From Cyanobacteria bacterium auto_48_18 (GTDB lineage: Bacteria; Cyanobacteriota; Vampirovibrionia; Obscuribacterales; Obscuribacteraceae): 64,000 nt of DNA. Shown here in pieces: positions 49,627 to 58,761 of the stretch. Location of the stretch: the NCBI GenBank assembly GCA_036170915.1, contig JAVHQC010000010.1, forward strand, positions 1 through 64,000, written 5' to 3'. How positions within the stretch are numbered: the first letter of the stretch is position 1; every line of letters begins with the position of its first letter. Both the position numbers and the translations under genes were made by a program. Under the pieces are notes generated by a model. The model saw only the letters and a list, made by a program, of their open reading frames with translations. It had not been told where the DNA came from and did no database searches.

Positions 49627-51149
49627 TTTGGTAATTCCATGGGTGGTGGCTCAAACGACCAGAGAGTAAAAATATGCTTGTTTGGCAAATCAGAAGCCGT
49701 CTGAATAACTTTAACCAGCTCAGGCAGAGATTTTACAGGATTATCGCTAATGACTTCAACTTTGTCTTGCTCGCGTTTGATCTCAGAAATCGCCTTGCTG
49801 GTGGTCACCTTTGCATCATAGATAATGGTAGCAGGAGGATCTTTCGCATCTTGCAGCTGCGCAAAAATCACACCAGGCAGTGCTCGCAACTGAAACTCGA
49901 TTACCGGAATCCGGCATCCGCATTTGATATTGCTCATCACCAGTTTAAGCAAATGCAGAGAGCTGGGCTCCTGATTGTCTAACAACTGACCAGCGTAAGT
50001 TAGTGATTGGGCATAAACATCTTTGTGTCCGTGTTTGGCCTTTCCTGACTTACCATTACTACTACCAGTGCCACTATATTGATTCACCAGCTGGCGCGCT
50101 TCTTCTATATGACCGGCAGAAGCACGATTACCCACCAGCGCAAGCACTTGAGCACTGTCGGCACCAGAATAACTGATAGCCTGCAAGTATGCCTTTTCTG
50201 CCAGGTCAAGGTGGCCACCGCTCTCAAAATTGCGACCAAGTTGATAGAAAAACTTATCGGCGCCCATAAAGTTGCGTTCAGCAATCGCTTCTAATTGGGC
50301 CAACTGTGGTTCTGTTAGTTTGGCAGACGGCAGCGCCAGTGCCAGAGCGACTGACTTATCGTCGAGCATATCGGTAAGACAAGCCGGCAAGAGTTCGGCA
50401 ATAACTTTAGCGTTGTTGGCTGCCAGAGCAGCTTTAAACCTGCCCCGTTTGACTAGATAACTAGAATCGATTTGCAAAGCACGACTGTAGCAGAGCTCTG
50501 CATCGGCAGTCATTTCCATAACCAGATAGGCTGCACCCAGAGCAGTCCACTTCTGACTTTCGTCAGAACCCTTAGTCTGAGCCGCAAGTTTGAGCTCCCG
50601 CTCGGCAATCACCCTGCCGTCAGCACCATCGATAGACAGGCATTGGGCAATACCAAGATGCGGTCGCCAGTCTGTGCCATCAAGTGCAATAGCGGCACGA
50701 TATTTTTCTACAGCGGCACTGCGCTCGCCATTTCGCTGCAAAAGAATGCCCAGATTGCAGTTGGCTACAGCATTTTTGGAATTCAGTTTAACTGCTGCTC
50801 TAGCTTCGGCAAGAGGATAAATTAAGGGCTTGGTTTTAAACAACAGAACAGCAAGATAGCTGTGTGTGCGAAAACTATTGCCCTGCGACTGCTTGATGCC
50901 GTTAATCAGGGAAACCGCCTGCTCAAACTTGCCATCTTTATAGAGAGTTGCAGCCTCGGCGAAGACTGGCGCATTGTCTTCTGTGGTTGCCGACTTCGCT
51001 GGCGCAGGCTTAAACGAGCCACTCTTGACGGTTGTGGCCGCCAACTTTACGGGCAAGCTTTGGTGACCCGCTGCGAGAGCCGCATTATTGAACAGCAATA
51101 GAGCGCCAAGAATAGCTAAGCGAGACACGAGGATTCCCTTCACCTGCAC
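49623..51149 (-). CDS. secreted TPR protein with C-terminal HMA-like domain
   Basis: Signal peptide, TPR units, C-terminal NIKCGC...LRALPGV...IIYD. Confidence 0.75.
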   Translation of the reverse strand: MQVKGILVSRLAILGALLLFNNAALAAGHQSLPVKLAATTVKSGSFKPAPAKSATTEDNAPVFAEAATLYKDGKFEQAVSLINGIKQSQGNSFRTHSYLAVLLFKTKPLIYPLAEARAAVKLNSKNAVANCNLGILLQRNGERSAAVEKYRAAIALDGTDWRPHLGIAQCLSIDGADGRVIAERELKLAAQTKGSDESQKWTALGAAYLVMEMTADAELCYSRALQIDSSYLVKRGRFKAALAANNAKVIAELLPACLTDMLDDKSVALALALPSAKLTEPQLAQLEAIAERNFMGADKFFYQLGRNFESGGHLDLAEKAYLQAISYSGADSAQVLALVGNRASAGHIEEARQLVNQYSGTGSSNGKSGKAKHGHKDVYAQSLTYAGQLLDNQEPSSLHLLKLVMSNIKCGCRIPVIEFQLRALPGVIFAQLQDAKDPPATIIYDAKVTTSKAISEIKREQDKVEVISDNPVKSLPELVKVIQTASDLPNKHIFTLWSFEPPPMELPK

Positions 51150-51228
51150 AGCAAAACTATAACATGAGCTGAAAATGGCCGCTTGCGCGGCCTAGTCACT
51201 AAATGCGGTATTAACGGCCCGCTTAAAA

Positions 51229-51393
51229 CTAATAGTTTTGCTCAGACAAATAGGCAGACTGAAGAGCTTTGTAGGCGATGAAGCCATAAACGAGAAAGAG
51301 TGCGAAGAAGCCAACAAAGTAAAATTTGAAGCCAAATTTCAAAATTGGTCGGACCAGCATATCGATAAAAAGAAAACCGGTGGCAGCGCCCAT
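51229..51393 (-). CDS. 54-aa single-TM small protein (not in ORF track)
   Basis: MGAATGFLFIDMLVRPILKFGFKFYFVGFFALFLVYGFIAYKALQSAYLSEQNY*; GAGG 8 nt before ATG. Confidence 0.6.
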   Translation of the reverse strand: MGAATGFLFIDMLVRPILKFGFKFYFVGFFALFLVYGFIAYKALQSAYLSEQNY

Positions 51394-51665
51394 CTATTTG
51401 GCCTCGTCTACTTTCCCCTGAGCCCCTTCAACATTAATTGCTGAGAGCAGGGCATATCGTATCCCCTAATAGGTGAGGCTGTAGCGATAAAAGAGATTAA
51501 ATATGACCCTTGGCAAGCATGCTTAATCAAAGCACATGACAAGCAAAAGTTATCAAGCAAATTTATGAAATTGCAGAGAAAAAAATCCACTTCAATACAA
51601 ATTACTAAAAACCACTGATTGACAGCAAGGACAGACTAAAATCATATGCTTACACTGCTTATGAA

Positions 51666-53636
51666 ATGGAGAGTTCGATGTCAGGAAGTAATGACGGAAA
51701 AAATACGGGCAAACAACTTCTGGCGAAATTCTCCGCCCTGTCGCTCTCTCTAGTGATGGCGGGATGCACCACTACAACTACCACCACCACAACCACAACT
51801 ACTACCACCTCTAAATCAACTGATGCACCGAGCACAATTCCCAGCCCCACAGGCGCACCCGGCTCAGAGTCTCCTATTCAAAAAGCTGAAAGTGTTTCGC
51901 CTGGACCGTACCAGTCTGTCACCGTAGATGGTGCCGATTTGAGAAAAGGCAGATTTGCCATAGGAAAACCGGGTGGCAATCTGGTGCGCTCAATTGTCTC
52001 GAGCAACCCTGCCACGTTCAACTACTGGGTCGCAGCCGATACTACTTCAAGAGACATGGGTGCGCTCATGTTTGCCGGTTTGCTCGACATTGATCCCTAT
52101 ACCGGCGATGTGGTGCCGGCAATGGCAGAAAGTTTTACTGTAGACCCTGATGGCGTTACTTACACCACCAAACTGCGCAAAGGTTTGAAGTGGTCTGACG
52201 GGCATCCGATTACATCAGCCGATGTAGCGTTTACCTGGAACACACTAGTGGCCGGCGGCTACGGCAATTCGTCCATGCGTGATGTCACTACCATCGAAGG
52301 TAAATCACCAACAGTAACTGTAGTGGACGAATTGACAAATAAATTTGTCACGCCGAAACCCTTTGCACCGTTCGTGCGTCAACTCGGTCTGGTGATTGCA
52401 CCAAAGCACATTGTTGAACCAATCACTAAAAAGAAAGACGGACGCAAATTATTCAACAATTTGTGGAGCACCGAAGCCAAACCAGAAACTTTCGTCACCA
52501 GCGGCATGTTCACTCTCGAGCAATACGTGCCAAGCCAGCGCGTAGTTTTCAAACGGGCCAAGAACTATTTTACAGTCAGCCCAGAGAGCAAACCGCTGCC
52601 CTACCTGGAACGCACCACATTTACGATTGTGCCTGACGTCAATACCAACTTGCTCAAATTTAAAGGAAAAGAAATCGACATCACACCAGTGCGTTGTCGC
52701 GACGCAGGTGATCTGGTGCCTTTAGCAAAAGCTGGCAATTTCAAACTATACGATTTTGGCCCTAGCCAGAGCAGCACCTTTATCATGTTCAACATGAATC
52801 AACGCAAAGATCCAAAAACCGGCAACCCATACGTAGATCCGATCAAGTCAGTCTGGTTCAACGATGTTAATTTCAGACAGGCTATCAGTCACGGTGTGGA
52901 CCGCCAGTCTATTATCGCCAATTATTTCAAAGGCCTGGGAGATCCGTCATTCTCGGCTCAGGTTGCTACCAGTCCATTCTTCAATTCACAGTTGCAGCCC
53001 TATTCGCGTGATGTAACTGTGGCAAAAGAACTGCTGAAAAAATCAGGCTTCACCTGGGATAAAAACGGCAACTTGCTCGACAAGACCGGTCACAAAGTCG
53101 AGTTTGATCTACTGGCTGCGGCTGGTGGAACCTTTGCTGATTTTGTCTGCACCGAATTTCAGAAGAATATGAAAGAGCTCGGTATCAAAGTCAACTTTGC
53201 CCAGGTCAATTTCAATTTGCTGGCAGGTAAAATCAACAGCTCACTAGATTGGCAAGCTGCCTTCTTCTCACTGAGCGGCGGCGATCCACTTGAGCCAAAC
53301 GATAGTGCTAACGTTTATAAGAGCGACAGCCGTCTTCACTTATTTGACCAACGCTTGCCTGATGCTAATGGAAAAACTTCAGTCACCGATGCCAGACCTT
53401 GGGAAAAAGAAATCGATCAACTGATGGATAAAGGCGCCAGCACTCTCGATAAAACTGAGCGCAAAAAAGTATATGATCAGGTGCAACAGATTTTGTACGA
53501 TCAAATGCCCTTCATCTATCTGGTTTCACCGCGCACCATCGTCGGTGTACGCAACACAATTCACAATTTCCAACCTACACCAATTTCACAACCAGCATCT
53601 GGCCTACACAATCTGGAAGAAATCTGGGTGCAGTAG
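51666..53636 (+). CDS. peptide/nickel ABC transporter substrate-binding lipoprotein (family 5)
   Basis: Lipobox MAGC, LRKGLKWSDGHPITSADVAFT, FRQAISHG. Confidence 0.92.
   Translation: MESSMSGSNDGKNTGKQLLAKFSALSLSLVMAGCTTTTTTTTTTTTTTSKSTDAPSTIPSPTGAPGSESPIQKAESVSPGPYQSVTVDGADLRKGRFAIGKPGGNLVRSIVSSNPATFNYWVAADTTSRDMGALMFAGLLDIDPYTGDVVPAMAESFTVDPDGVTYTTKLRKGLKWSDGHPITSADVAFTWNTLVAGGYGNSSMRDVTTIEGKSPTVTVVDELTNKFVTPKPFAPFVRQLGLVIAPKHIVEPITKKKDGRKLFNNLWSTEAKPETFVTSGMFTLEQYVPSQRVVFKRAKNYFTVSPESKPLPYLERTTFTIVPDVNTNLLKFKGKEIDITPVRCRDAGDLVPLAKAGNFKLYDFGPSQSSTFIMFNMNQRKDPKTGNPYVDPIKSVWFNDVNFRQAISHGVDRQSIIANYFKGLGDPSFSAQVATSPFFNSQLQPYSRDVTVAKELLKKSGFTWDKNGNLLDKTGHKVEFDLLAAAGGTFADFVCTEFQKNMKELGIKVNFAQVNFNLLAGKINSSLDWQAAFFSLSGGDPLEPNDSANVYKSDSRLHLFDQRLPDANGKTSVTDARPWEKEIDQLMDKGASTLDKTERKKVYDQVQQILYDQMPFIYLVSPRTIVGVRNTIHNFQPTPISQPASGLHNLEEIWVQ
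51768..51809 (+). repeat. (ACN)14 trinucleotide tract encoding 14 Thr after the lipobox Cys
   Basis: acc/act/aca codons read directly. Confidence 0.9.
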
Positions 53637-55604
53637 TTGATGAAAAAACAACTGCTCACAGCTTTAACGTGTTTGATGGCAACGAGCCTGCTCACAGGCT
53701 GCATTGCCCCGCGCAAAAATACAACCAATCGCGTGGGCATTCCCACGAGTTCGCTAGCCACAGATCCGGCAGATCCTGATGCAGCGAAAACTGCAGAATC
53801 AAATACGCAGCAACCGTCGGGTAAATTGACTTTTCTTTTTCCCAATCCCGGACCACCCAAACTGGTCACCAAAGACGGTGCGGAATACTGGCAATCGCGT
53901 GGCGAAGTGGGACAGTTTGGCGGCTCTCTAAAGCTCGGTAGTTTCGGCGGCGGCCCCAAAACATTCAACCCATGGGAAGCTTCCGACGTAGAAAGTCACG
54001 GCATTGGCATGCTGCAATTTGACTCTCTAGTCGATTTCGATCCATGGAGCGGCAAAGCCATTCCTAAGCTGGCCAAATCGTTTAAGGTCAGCGAAGACGG
54101 GCGCACCATCGACTTTGTCATGCGCAAAGGTTTGAAGTGGTCAGACGGTCATCCACTCACCGCTGACGATGCCGTGTTCACCTATGGCAATCTAATTAAA
54201 AACGGATTTGGCGAAACCAGTTCACGCGACACCATTTCTACACCAGGAGATTATCCTGACGTTGTAAAAGTGGGCGAAGATACTGTTAGCTTTCGCTTCA
54301 AAAAACCTTTTTCACCTTTTCTAGCTAATTTAAATGCCGTGATGGTGGCACCCAAGCATATTTTCGAGCCCATAACAAAAGGCTCGAAGGCAGACTTTCA
54401 TAATTTTTGGAATATCAACAGCGATCCAAAAACGTTTGTGGCATCAGGGGCCATGATTGTAGAAAGATATGTCCCTGGCCAGAGACTTGAGTTTAAGCGC
54501 AATCCTCATTATTCTTTCGTCGATAAAGAAGGCCGCCAGTTGCCTTATTTAGACAAGATGGTAATTGGCATCGTGCCTGATCAAAATACAATGATCATCA
54601 AATTTCTTGGTGAAGAAATTGATTTGCTCGACACTCGATCGGTGCGCGGCATTGACGCAGCGTTGATGAAACAGCGCGAAAGCAGTGGCAATTTCACCAT
54701 GTATAACCTCGGGCCAGACGACGGCACCATGTTCTTGATGTTCAACCTCTGCCAGCGGAAAGATCCAAAAACCGGAAAATTCTACGTGGACCCAATCAAG
54801 CAAAGTTGGTTCAACGACGAAAAATTCAGATGGGCAATCAGTCACGCAGTTGATCGCAAACGCATCATCAACAACGTGCAAAAGGGCGTTGGTTACCCGC
54901 TTTCTACCAATGAAACTGAAGCCTCACTCTATTTCAATAAAGCCTTAAAACAAATCGAATACGACCCTGCCCTGTCGGCAAAACTACTGGCCGAAGCTGG
55001 ATTCGTCAAAAAAGGCAACGACCTTTTTGATGCCAAAGGCAACCGGGTGGAATTCGATTTGCTGACTAATTCGGGTAACACCGGCCGTGATGCCTGTTGC
55101 ATTGCCATCAAAGAAGAACTAAAAAAGCTGGGTATCAAAGTCAATTATCAAGCCATCGAATTTAACACCATGACCAATCGCGTGCATACGAGCCTCGACT
55201 GGCAAGCCATTGTGATGGGCCTCAGTGGCAGCCGTTTTGAGCCCTATGGCGGCGCCAATGTGTGGAAATCAAATGGTCGCATGCACTTGTTTGATACACG
55301 CTTGCCCGACAAAGACGGCACAGTCAAAGCACCTGACGCTCGCCCCTGGGAAATCGAAATCGATAATTTGCTTGATACCGCCGCCGGCACTATGGACGAG
55401 CAAAAACGCATTGAGGCCTACAACCGTTTTCAGAAAATCGCTTACGACAAGCAGCCATTCATCTACATTTACGACATCATGCTGCTCACAGCCGCGCGGA
55501 ATAATCTGGGCAATTACAAACCCACCCCGTACGGCATTTATTACACTCCAAAAGGCACATTGCATAACATCGAAGAAATTTATAAAAAGGGAGCCAAGCA
55601 CTAG
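53637..55604 (+). CDS. second peptide ABC substrate-binding lipoprotein (paralog)
   Basis: Lipobox LTGC, RKGLKWSDGHPLTADDAVFT. Confidence 0.92.
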   Translation: MMKKQLLTALTCLMATSLLTGCIAPRKNTTNRVGIPTSSLATDPADPDAAKTAESNTQQPSGKLTFLFPNPGPPKLVTKDGAEYWQSRGEVGQFGGSLKLGSFGGGPKTFNPWEASDVESHGIGMLQFDSLVDFDPWSGKAIPKLAKSFKVSEDGRTIDFVMRKGLKWSDGHPLTADDAVFTYGNLIKNGFGETSSRDTISTPGDYPDVVKVGEDTVSFRFKKPFSPFLANLNAVMVAPKHIFEPITKGSKADFHNFWNINSDPKTFVASGAMIVERYVPGQRLEFKRNPHYSFVDKEGRQLPYLDKMVIGIVPDQNTMIIKFLGEEIDLLDTRSVRGIDAALMKQRESSGNFTMYNLGPDDGTMFLMFNLCQRKDPKTGKFYVDPIKQSWFNDEKFRWAISHAVDRKRIINNVQKGVGYPLSTNETEASLYFNKALKQIEYDPALSAKLLAEAGFVKKGNDLFDAKGNRVEFDLLTNSGNTGRDACCIAIKEELKKLGIKVNYQAIEFNTMTNRVHTSLDWQAIVMGLSGSRFEPYGGANVWKSNGRMHLFDTRLPDKDGTVKAPDARPWEIEIDNLLDTAAGTMDEQKRIEAYNRFQKIAYDKQPFIYIYDIMLLTAARNNLGNYKPTPYGIYYTPKGTLHNIEEIYKKGAKH

Positions 55605-56572
55605 TGTCGACACCTGTCTACATTTTAAAGCGCATACTGCAAGCATTGCCCTTGCTCTTCTTCATTTCGCTCATGGCATTTACCATGCTCAAACTTTCGC
55701 CCATTGACCCTCTGGCGGCAATGCGTGCTAATCCATCAGTTTCGCAAGCGGCCATCAATGCCGAAGAAGAAAGACTGGGGCTGAACAAACCAGCACCCAT
55801 ACAATATGCAATTTGGTTATCGAGCACACTACAGGGCAATCTTGGTGTTTCCACAACCGGTGGGTCAGTGGCGGCCAGGCTGATGCAACACGCCGGCAAT
55901 ACACTGCTTCTCAATGTGGTGACGCTGTTCTTCACCTGGTTGATTGCTCTGCCCGCAGGCGTCTATGCCGCAGTGCACCGCGGGCGGTTAATCGATAAAT
56001 TATTTGGTTTTCTCACTGCAGTAGGCATGTCGATGCCCACATTTCTACTGAGCTTTCTCTTTCTTATGTTTGCTCTTGCCACACACTGGCTACCAATCGG
56101 CGGCATGACCAGCTCAGACTTTGCCGAGCGTGACACTCTCAGTCAAATTGCCGATATCGCCTACCATTTAATTATTCCTGTATGCGTACTGACATTCGTT
56201 TCACTTGCCGGCATTCAGCGCCAGGTGCGCAGTAATCTCTTAGATGTATTGAGAGCAGATTATGTGCGCAGTGCGCGCGCCAAAGGCTTGTCGGAAGAGA
56301 CGGTAATTTACAAACATGCACTGCGCAACGCCATAAACCCGCTAATCACTTTACTCGGATTTGAATTTGCCGGTCTGCTCAGCGGTGCCGCGTTGACTGA
56401 AATGGTGCTGGCTTACCCTGGCCTAGGACGGCTGACCCTGGAAGGCGTGCTCACCAAAGATATGAATCTAGTTATGGCTTCAATCATGCTTGGAGCGGTA
56501 ATGCTAATTGCAGGCAATTTATTTGCCGACCTCTTGCTCAAATTTACCGACCCCAGAATCACAGTTGAATAA
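55604..56572 (+). CDS. peptide ABC permease (DppB/OppB-like)
   Basis: YILKRILQ, ADYVRSARAKGL (EAA loop), HALRNA, PGLGRL. Confidence 0.92.
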   Translation: MSTPVYILKRILQALPLLFFISLMAFTMLKLSPIDPLAAMRANPSVSQAAINAEEERLGLNKPAPIQYAIWLSSTLQGNLGVSTTGGSVAARLMQHAGNTLLLNVVTLFFTWLIALPAGVYAAVHRGRLIDKLFGFLTAVGMSMPTFLLSFLFLMFALATHWLPIGGMTSSDFAERDTLSQIADIAYHLIIPVCVLTFVSLAGIQRQVRSNLLDVLRADYVRSARAKGLSEETVIYKHALRNAINPLITLLGFEFAGLLSGAALTEMVLAYPGLGRLTLEGVLTKDMNLVMASIMLGAVMLIAGNLFADLLLKFTDPRITVE

Positions 56573-56612
56573 CTTTTGGAAACTTTAGTTGCAATTTTAA
56601 AGGAATCGCTCA

Positions 56613-57764
56613 TTGTCGGCTAACTCGTTATCACCTGCAGAAGCACCAATCAACCCTACACCGGCTCCTCAAAAAGTCAGGGCAGACTTGAAGCACACAG
56701 TTTTGAGTCGTTTGTGGAAAGACAAAGTCTGTCGCGCAGCACTTGTGGGCCTATCATTGCTTTACTTCTGCGCGCTATTTGCCGACATCCTTACGCCTTA
56801 CGCTATGGAATTTAACGATGCCAATGTAGGTAATGCTCCAGCGACGTTGATTCATATTCATGACGATAAAGGTGAGCTTTGCTGGCCCTATGTTTATCAG
56901 GTGCGTCAAGAAAATGATCTGGCCACCTATCGCCAGACTTTTAAAGAAATTGAAACCACCAAATTTCCAATCAAGCTGTTTGTCAAAGGCGACAGCTATT
57001 ATTTACTTGGATTTATACCAATGGACCTGCACCTGTTTGGTGTAGAGCCACCAGCGCGCATCTACTTGCTAGGCGCCGACATGAATGGTCGCGACAATTT
57101 TTCAAGATTGTTCTTTGGCGCTCAGAAAAGTTTGACCATCGGATTTCTTGGCTTATTCATCGCTTTTCCTATTGGTATTCTATATGGTGCCATCGCCGGT
57201 TATGTTGGTGGCGTGGTAGACAACATGATGATGCGTTTTGCTGAAGCAGTTATGTCTATACCGAGTTTCTATTTATTAATCGGACTGGCCGCCGTGTTGC
57301 CACTGGGAATGAGCAGTTCACAGCGTTTTGCTTTGATCACTGTCATTCTTTCATTCATTGGTTGGCCGGGGCTGGCTAGAGTAATTCGCGGTATGGTGCT
57401 GTCGATTCGCGAAGAAGAATTTGTACAGGCCGCTAAGGCCGTAGGCATGTCAGAAATTGCCAACATCGTTCGGCACGTCATTCCTCAGACAGCTAGTTAT
57501 GTCGTTATTGCAGCCACACTGCAGGTGCCTAATTTTATTCTGGCTGAAAGTGGACTGAGCTTAATCGGCCTTGGTATTCAACAACCTGATGCCAGCTGGG
57601 GAAACATGCTTAAAGCGGCCATGGATCAGCCAAACGAGCTGCTCACTCAGCCATGGTTGATAGCGCCAGGCTTCCTTATCTTCTTCACCATTTTGTGTTT
57701 CAACTCTATTGGTGACGTACTGCGCGATGTGCTCGACCCTAAACTTTCTGGCGGTCGCGGCTAA
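56613..57764 (+). CDS. peptide ABC permease (DppC/OppC-like)
   Basis: LLGADMNGRD.FSRL, EEFVQAAKAVG, AESGLS.IGLG, SWG.ML. Confidence 0.92.
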   Translation: MSANSLSPAEAPINPTPAPQKVRADLKHTVLSRLWKDKVCRAALVGLSLLYFCALFADILTPYAMEFNDANVGNAPATLIHIHDDKGELCWPYVYQVRQENDLATYRQTFKEIETTKFPIKLFVKGDSYYLLGFIPMDLHLFGVEPPARIYLLGADMNGRDNFSRLFFGAQKSLTIGFLGLFIAFPIGILYGAIAGYVGGVVDNMMMRFAEAVMSIPSFYLLIGLAAVLPLGMSSSQRFALITVILSFIGWPGLARVIRGMVLSIREEEFVQAAKAVGMSEIANIVRHVIPQTASYVVIAATLQVPNFILAESGLSLIGLGIQQPDASWGNMLKAAMDQPNELLTQPWLIAPGFLIFFTILCFNSIGDVLRDVLDPKLSGGRG

Positions 57765-57985
57765 TGCTGCACTGGATTTTAGTGGTGATTGTCCTGCTGG
57801 CCACTGTGGCTCTGAGCGCTATTGCATTTAAGCATCGCAAAGGTGAGGGCGCGTATCTCTGCGAGGACTGCCGCTTTAACGACCCGGTGAAATGTCTTAA
57901 AGAAGTACGGCCTTATGCTGTGGAGTGCACGAGCTATCGGCAAGGTGTTGTGCAGTTGAGTAGTGACGAGAATAAGTCGGTTTAA
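57764..57985 (+). CDS. small membrane-anchored protein with 4-Cys motif
   Basis: TAATG overlap with the permease; N-terminal TM; C-x2-C-x7-C-x10-C. Confidence 0.7.
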   Translation: MLHWILVVIVLLATVALSAIAFKHRKGEGAYLCEDCRFNDPVKCLKEVRPYAVECTSYRQGVVQLSSDENKSV

Positions 57986-58761
57986 TCAGTGCCTTTGAAT
58001 AGCTGTGTTACCGCTCCAGCCACTACATACAACAAGGGAACCATACATAGCGCATTGATAATGTTGAGTAACTTCGAATTATCTCGACCTTGTTGGGTTA
58101 AAAATTCTCGAAATGAAAAGTAAGTGATGGGCATCCCTATGGCTCCAAGAGCCGCTACTAGCAACAATAAGTAAAAGAAAAATTTTTGCTGATCAGAATC
58201 TGCAGATGAAATTGCCGACAGATAACTATTGGTGAGCGTGAGCATACCAAGCTGGCAAACTAGCAAGTCTTTGTCAAAATCTGATAATTGATCTTTGAAA
58301 ACAACTTTCATGGCCGCAACTACGAGTGTCGGTTTAATGATAGTTGATAACAGTAATAAAACAGCACCCACCAGCAGCAGCTCACAAATGATAAGTGGCC
58401 AGAAAAAGTCTGAGCCAACATACCCTGATAACCATAACAGAGTGATCACTACCGGTAGTAATTTTGCAGTACGGTCCTTCCATTTAGGAGCAATCACATG
58501 AGCCATGACCGCACCAGGCAAAGTTCCAAGTGGTAGTCCAATCATGAGCGCCCCGACAAACTGTTGCGATGGTTCTATTCCATTGATGATTGTGTGCAGC
58601 ACCGCCGAACAGACAAGAATCACAATCGCAAAGAGTAACGTAAAGAACCAACCGGTGTATTGCACAACCGTGAGACAAGCTGGAATTAAAACAATCCAGC
58701 GCAAAACAAATACAATTCTCTCGTGCCGTGCTGGCGCTCTCGCATTATTTTCTGCCATCAC
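57982..58761 (-). CDS. multi-pass membrane hypothetical protein
   Basis: About 7-8 hydrophobic segments; GTGA overlap with the upstream gene. Confidence 0.7.
   Translation of the reverse strand: MMAENNARAPARHERIVFVLRWIVLIPACLTVVQYTGWFFTLLFAIVILVCSAVLHTIINGIEPSQQFVGALMIGLPLGTLPGAVMAHVIAPKWKDRTAKLLPVVITLLWLSGYVGSDFFWPLIICELLLVGAVLLLLSTIIKPTLVVAAMKVVFKDQLSDFDKDLLVCQLGMLTLTNSYLSAISSADSDQQKFFFYLLLLVAALGAIGMPITYFSFREFLTQQGRDNSKLLNIINALCMVPLLYVVAGAVTQLFKGTD

Noticed and set aside
51238..51590. Track ORFs 51238-51444 (+) and 51408-51590 (-)
   Set aside because: No SD or recognisable features; the minus-strand 54-aa TM ORF explains the region better.
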